The position numbers and the translations under genes are program-made. The notes below the pieces were generated by a model. That model did no database searches and was not told where the DNA came from. It worked only from the letters and a program-made list of their open reading frames with translations. Below, in pieces: positions 58,045-64,000 of a stretch of DNA of 64,000 nt. The stretch is from an uncultured Verrucomicrobiae bacterium. GTDB lineage: Bacteria; Verrucomicrobiota; Verrucomicrobiia; Chthoniobacterales; UBA10450. The stretch lies in contig CAWIBO010000005.1 in NCBI GenBank assembly GCA_963834385.1, forward strand, positions 736,001 to 800,000, read 5' to 3'. The number at the start of each line of letters is the position of its first letter. Positions within the stretch are counted from its first letter, which is position 1.

Positions 58045-59356
58045 CTAGCGCCGGCCGAACGATCGCGGGCCGCGGGTGGAGGCGAAACCGCGCGGACGCT
58101 GGCCGCTCCGGCGCGCCGCGGCTTCGCCGCTGCCGCGGGAGCTGTTGCCGGGCGATTTTGGCTCGATCCGCGGACGCGCTTCGCGCCGGGGTCCGCGATC
58201 TTCCCGCGGCGGCGCCGCCGCGTTGTAATCGAATCCTTCCGCCCGTTTCCGGACAATCCCGCGCCCGATAAACCGCTCGAGCGAGCGCAACGGTCCCTGG
58301 TCTTCCGGGGTGATGAAGCGAAATCGCATCGCCAATCGCCTGGGCCCGGCCGGTCCGGCCAATCCGGTGCACGTAATCCTCGGAGTGCATCGGGAAATCG
58401 TAGTTCACCACGTGCGAAATGCCGTCCACATCGATCCCGCGCGCGGCGATGTCGGTCGCGACCAGCACCCGGACCACGCCTGACTTGAAATCTTTCAGCG
58501 CACGCAGCCGCTGGTTTTGCGATCGGTTGGAATGGATGGTGCCGGTCTTGATCCCGCTGGTCTCGAGCCGGCGCGCAATCCGGTCAGCCCCATGCTTGGT
58601 CCGGGTGAAGACCAGCACGGTGTCGAAGCTCGGGTCTTCCAGCAGATGCAGCAGCAACGCCGGCTTCAGGTGCTGGCGCACTTCGTAAACGAACTGGGTC
58701 ACGGTCTCGGCCGGGTTGGCCCGCCGCCCGATCTCCACCGTCTTCGGTGAATTTTGGAACTCGTGGGTCAGACCCTCGATCTCGCGCGAAAGCGTGGCGG
58801 AAAACATCAGGGTCTGGCGTTTGGCCGGGAGCGCTTTCACGATCCGCCGGATCGGCGGCAGGAAACCCATGTCGAGCATCCGGTCAGCCTCATCCAGGAC
58901 GAAGAACTCGACCCCGGAGAGGTTGGCGGCTCCCTGCTGCATCAGATCGATCAGACGGCCGGGCGTGGCCACGACCAGGTCGACCCCGGCGCGCAAAGCG
59001 GCCATTTGCGGGCGTTCGCTGACCCCGCCGAAGATGGTGGCCATGCGGAGCGGCAGATGTTTGGCGTAAGCCCGGACGTTCTCCTCGATCTGCGCGACCA
59101 GCTCGCGCGTGGGCGCGACGACCAGGGCGCGCGGACCGCGCCGCTGACCGTTGGCGGGGGCGGCGGCGAGTTTGGACAAAATGGGCCAGACAAAGGCGGC
59201 GGTCTTGCCGGTGCCGGTCTGGGCGATGCCGATGACGTCGTGCCCGGCGAGGATGGGCGGCACAGCGGCCAATTGGATCGGGGTCGGCTCTGTGTAACCG
59301 GCCTCGGCGACGGCTTGCAGGATCTCTGGGGAAAGGTGGAGGGAACGGAACGGCAT
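58045..59356 (-). CDS. DEAD-box RNA helicase (RhlE-like); frameshift near 58325
   Basis: Q motif, AQTGTGKT, PTREL, DEAD, SAT and HRIGRTGRA motifs. Confidence 0.93.
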
Positions 59357-59449
59357 AAGTGATTACTGTCGCTCAATTTAGGGGGTTTTGCCAGCGGCGG
59401 AATCGCTGCTGGCGAAATGACGAAGGACGGATGACGAAGGACGAACTTG

Positions 59450-59735
59450 GGCTGCGGAGCAGCCGGGAGCCAGGGAAGAAAAGTGAGAATTAGGAAGTAA
59501 GAAGGATGAAAGGGAGCGGGCGCGGCGGAAGCAGGTCCCTCCGTTCCGCCCTCCGCCCCCTGATAACCGATAACCGATAACCGATAACCGATAACCGATC
59601 GAACCGACCGTAACCGATAACCGATAACCGATCCCCGATAACCGATACCCGCCGTCGCCGACCTCCGACCTCCGACCCTCCGACTTCCGACCTCCGACTT
59701 CCGACCTCCGACCTCCGACTTCCGGCTTCCGGCTT
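59450..59735. repeat. Mosaic junction with REP-like half
   Basis: GGCTGC-GGA-GCAGCC, GCGGAAGCAGGTCCCTCC, (GATAACC)n and (CCGACCT/CCGACTT)n. Confidence 0.9.
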
Positions 59736-59736
59736 C

Positions 59737-59949
59737 TCAGAGCCTTTCCCACTCTTCTGGACTGATTCGCGCTTGATTCAAAATGCGTTTTACGAGTGTC
59801 CAATCCAGATCGCTGCCATGTGGGTTAGGCACAATGAGGCGCCGACCCTCTTTACGCATAAAAGGATGCGATCCTCCCCCCTCGGGTCCCTTCCAGCCAC
59901 AACTGCGCAAGCGCCGGATGAACTCGCGCCGCTTGATCGGCTTAGGCAT
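59737..59949 (-). CDS. hicA: HicA family toxin
   Basis: 70 aa with GGSHPFM..VPNPH..ILNQA. Confidence 0.88.
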   Translation of the reverse strand: MPKPIKRREFIRRLRSCGWKGPEGGGSHPFMRKEGRRLIVPNPHGSDLDWTLVKRILNQARISPEEWERL

Positions 59950-60187
59950 CCACCAGCTCGCGCGGGTTTAGATCGATCCCATCGATTGCAGGAAGTGGAT
60001 CACCATGGCGGAGTCCGCCCATGATCCAGCTTTCAACTGCGCCTCGGAGTTCTTCGCGACACCTCTCAAGAGTCTCAGCTTCAGCCCAGGCGCCCTCGCA
60101 CTCCGCGATCGAGCCGAAAAAACGGCTGTTCTCAGTTATCTCGTAATGGGCGTGACGCAAAGCAGCCGCAATATACTCAGTGAGCAT
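59942..60187 (-). CDS. hicB: HicB family antitoxin (short form)
   Basis: MLTEYI.AAL..A.YE..G.WA.AETLE.C; overlaps hicA. Confidence 0.88.
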   Translation of the reverse strand: MLTEYIAAALRHAHYEITENSRFFGSIAECEGAWAEAETLERCREELRGAVESWIMGGLRHGDPLPAIDGIDLNPRELVDA

Positions 60188-60240
60188 GAATTGAATCCTA
60201 GCCTTTTGTCTTCCCGGTGCGAGCCGAAAAAAAGAGGGGA

Positions 60241-60376
60241 CGGAAGGACGAGCTTCTGCTCGTCCGCGGACCTGCGGAAGCAGGTCCCTCCGTTCCGCCC
60301 CCTGATAACCGATAACCGATAACCGATAACCGATAACCGCGCCGTCCCGGCGCCTCCGACTTCCGACCCCCGCCTC
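60241..60376. repeat. REP-like doublet plus heptamer/17-mer junction
   Basis: GGACGAGC-TTCT-GCTCGTCC gc GGACCTGC-GGAA-GCAGGTCC, (GATAACC)n and 17-mer at 60337. Confidence 0.9.
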
Positions 60377-60377
60377 G

Positions 60378-60668
60378 CTATGCCGGAACGGGCTCGAACG
60401 GCCGGATCCTCGCGGTTAGGCGGCGCTCCTGCCGTTTCGCTTCACGAAAATCGCACTCGGTCTGTATGTTGAGCCAGAAGCGCGGGCTTTGTGAGAAATA
60501 TGCGCCGAGGCGGATCGACATTTCTGGCGATATCCCTCGTCGGCCCAGAACGATCTCATTAACGGCGCGAGGAGAAACGCCCAGGGCACGCCCCAAGGCG
60601 TTCTGCGAGATTCCCAGAGGCTCCAGGTACTCCTTGAGCAAAATTTCTCCAGGTGTAACCGCTTTCAT
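60378..60668 (-). CDS. higA: HigA family antitoxin
   Basis: PGEILLKEYLEPLGISQ..NEIV.G.R.I..FWLNIQ motif. Confidence 0.92.
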   Translation of the reverse strand: MKAVTPGEILLKEYLEPLGISQNALGRALGVSPRAVNEIVLGRRGISPEMSIRLGAYFSQSPRFWLNIQTECDFREAKRQERRLTARIRPFEPVPA

Positions 60669-60698
60669 GCCATATCCTATAGCGTTATAGGTGCCATC

Positions 60699-60977
60699 TC
60701 AATGATAATCTGTGATCTCCAGGTTTGCCGGGCCCGCTTCCGTCCAGCGGAAGCAGATTCGCCATTGATCGTTGATTCGAATCGCATACTGGCCGGCGCG
60801 GTTTCCTTTCAACATTTCCAATCTGTTCCCGGGTGGAACGCGCAGATCCGAAAGCGCTTCCGCGGAATGCATTTGTACCAGCTTGCGAAGGGCGATGCGC
60901 GCGAAAGCGCCGAAACGTCGCGATACCCCTGTTTCCCAAAGGCGCTCCGTTTCGCGGTCCTTAAACGATTGGATCAT
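60699..60977 (-). CDS. higB: HigB (RelE/ParE-like) toxin
   Basis: MIQSFKD, PPGNRLE.LKG, IRINDQWRICF and DYH motifs. Confidence 0.93.
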   Translation of the reverse strand: MIQSFKDRETERLWETGVSRRFGAFARIALRKLVQMHSAEALSDLRVPPGNRLEMLKGNRAGQYAIRINDQWRICFRWTEAGPANLEITDYH

Positions 60978-61018
60978 GGATCCCGATCACCGCCTTCTTA
61001 ATTCTTCCTTCTTAATTC

Positions 61019-63600
<2,582 letters not shown>

Positions 63601-63649
63601 AACCGTATTCTACGAGACAAACGCGGGCGCGCACGCGTTCAGCTGTGCG

Positions 63650-63990
63650 GTGATCGGTAGTCGGTGAGTCAGTAGTCGGCGGTCGGCGGTCGGTTTGTGA
63701 TCGGTGATCGGTGATCGGTTCGGTTTGGAGTTCGGTTCGGTTCGGTTCGGTATCGGTTCGGTCCGGTCCGGTCCGGTCCGGTCATAAACTTAACACTTAA
63801 GGCTTAAAGCTCCCGACGGAGGGACGAGCTTCTGCTCGTCCGCGGACCTGCGGAAGCAGGTCCCTCCGTTCCGACCTCCGGCTTCCGACCTCCGACACCG
63901 ATAACCGATAACCGATAACCGATAACTGATCACCGCGCCGTCCCGGCGCCCCCGACTTCCAACTTCTTCCTTCATAATTCTTACTTCCCG
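63650..63990. repeat. Mosaic junction upstream of clpB
   Basis: (CGGTGAT)n, (GGTTC)n(GGTCC)n pentamers, REP-like doublet at 63817-63868, (GATAACC)n and 17-mer at 63933. Confidence 0.9.
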
Positions 63991-64000
63991 CGTATCTGTC

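Noticed and set aside
57831..58271. ORFs made of STEHGAR/PCSVLRA or VIGYRLS repeats (also at 26602-26953 and 59378-59803)
   Set aside because: These are translations of stop-free heptamer tracts, with no independent evidence of being genes.

Overview
High-GC bacterial DNA. Gene content and style suggest Verrucomicrobiota, possibly Chthoniobacterales (inference). It is probably a long-read assembly, because many conserved genes carry single-base frameshifts. 1-16.4 kb holds housekeeping and envelope genes: apt, an adenylate cyclase, queF-queC, NlpC/P60, an M20 peptidase, a deacetylase, an amidase, metH and tRNA-Glu. 16.5-57.4 kb is a large Wzx/Wzy-type polysaccharide locus, with a visibly lower-GC core (~27-51 kb) rich in glycosyl- and methyltransferases. 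58-64 kb holds a DEAD-box helicase, hicBA, higBA and clpB. The most striking structure is a family of mosaic elements built from 7-nt tandem tracts and short GC-rich hairpins, found at about 20 gene junctions. These elements (i) flank small cargo genes (TA components, four-helix-bundle genes) as direct or inverted repeats, (ii) sit inside coding sequences, often in frame, and (iii) separate a stack of three displaced alternative C-termini of the carbamoyltransferase gene. They also border an orphan 3' end of a GT2 gene. Together this looks like a repeat-guided cassette-capture or gene-tail-swapping system, with no recombinase visible in the window.
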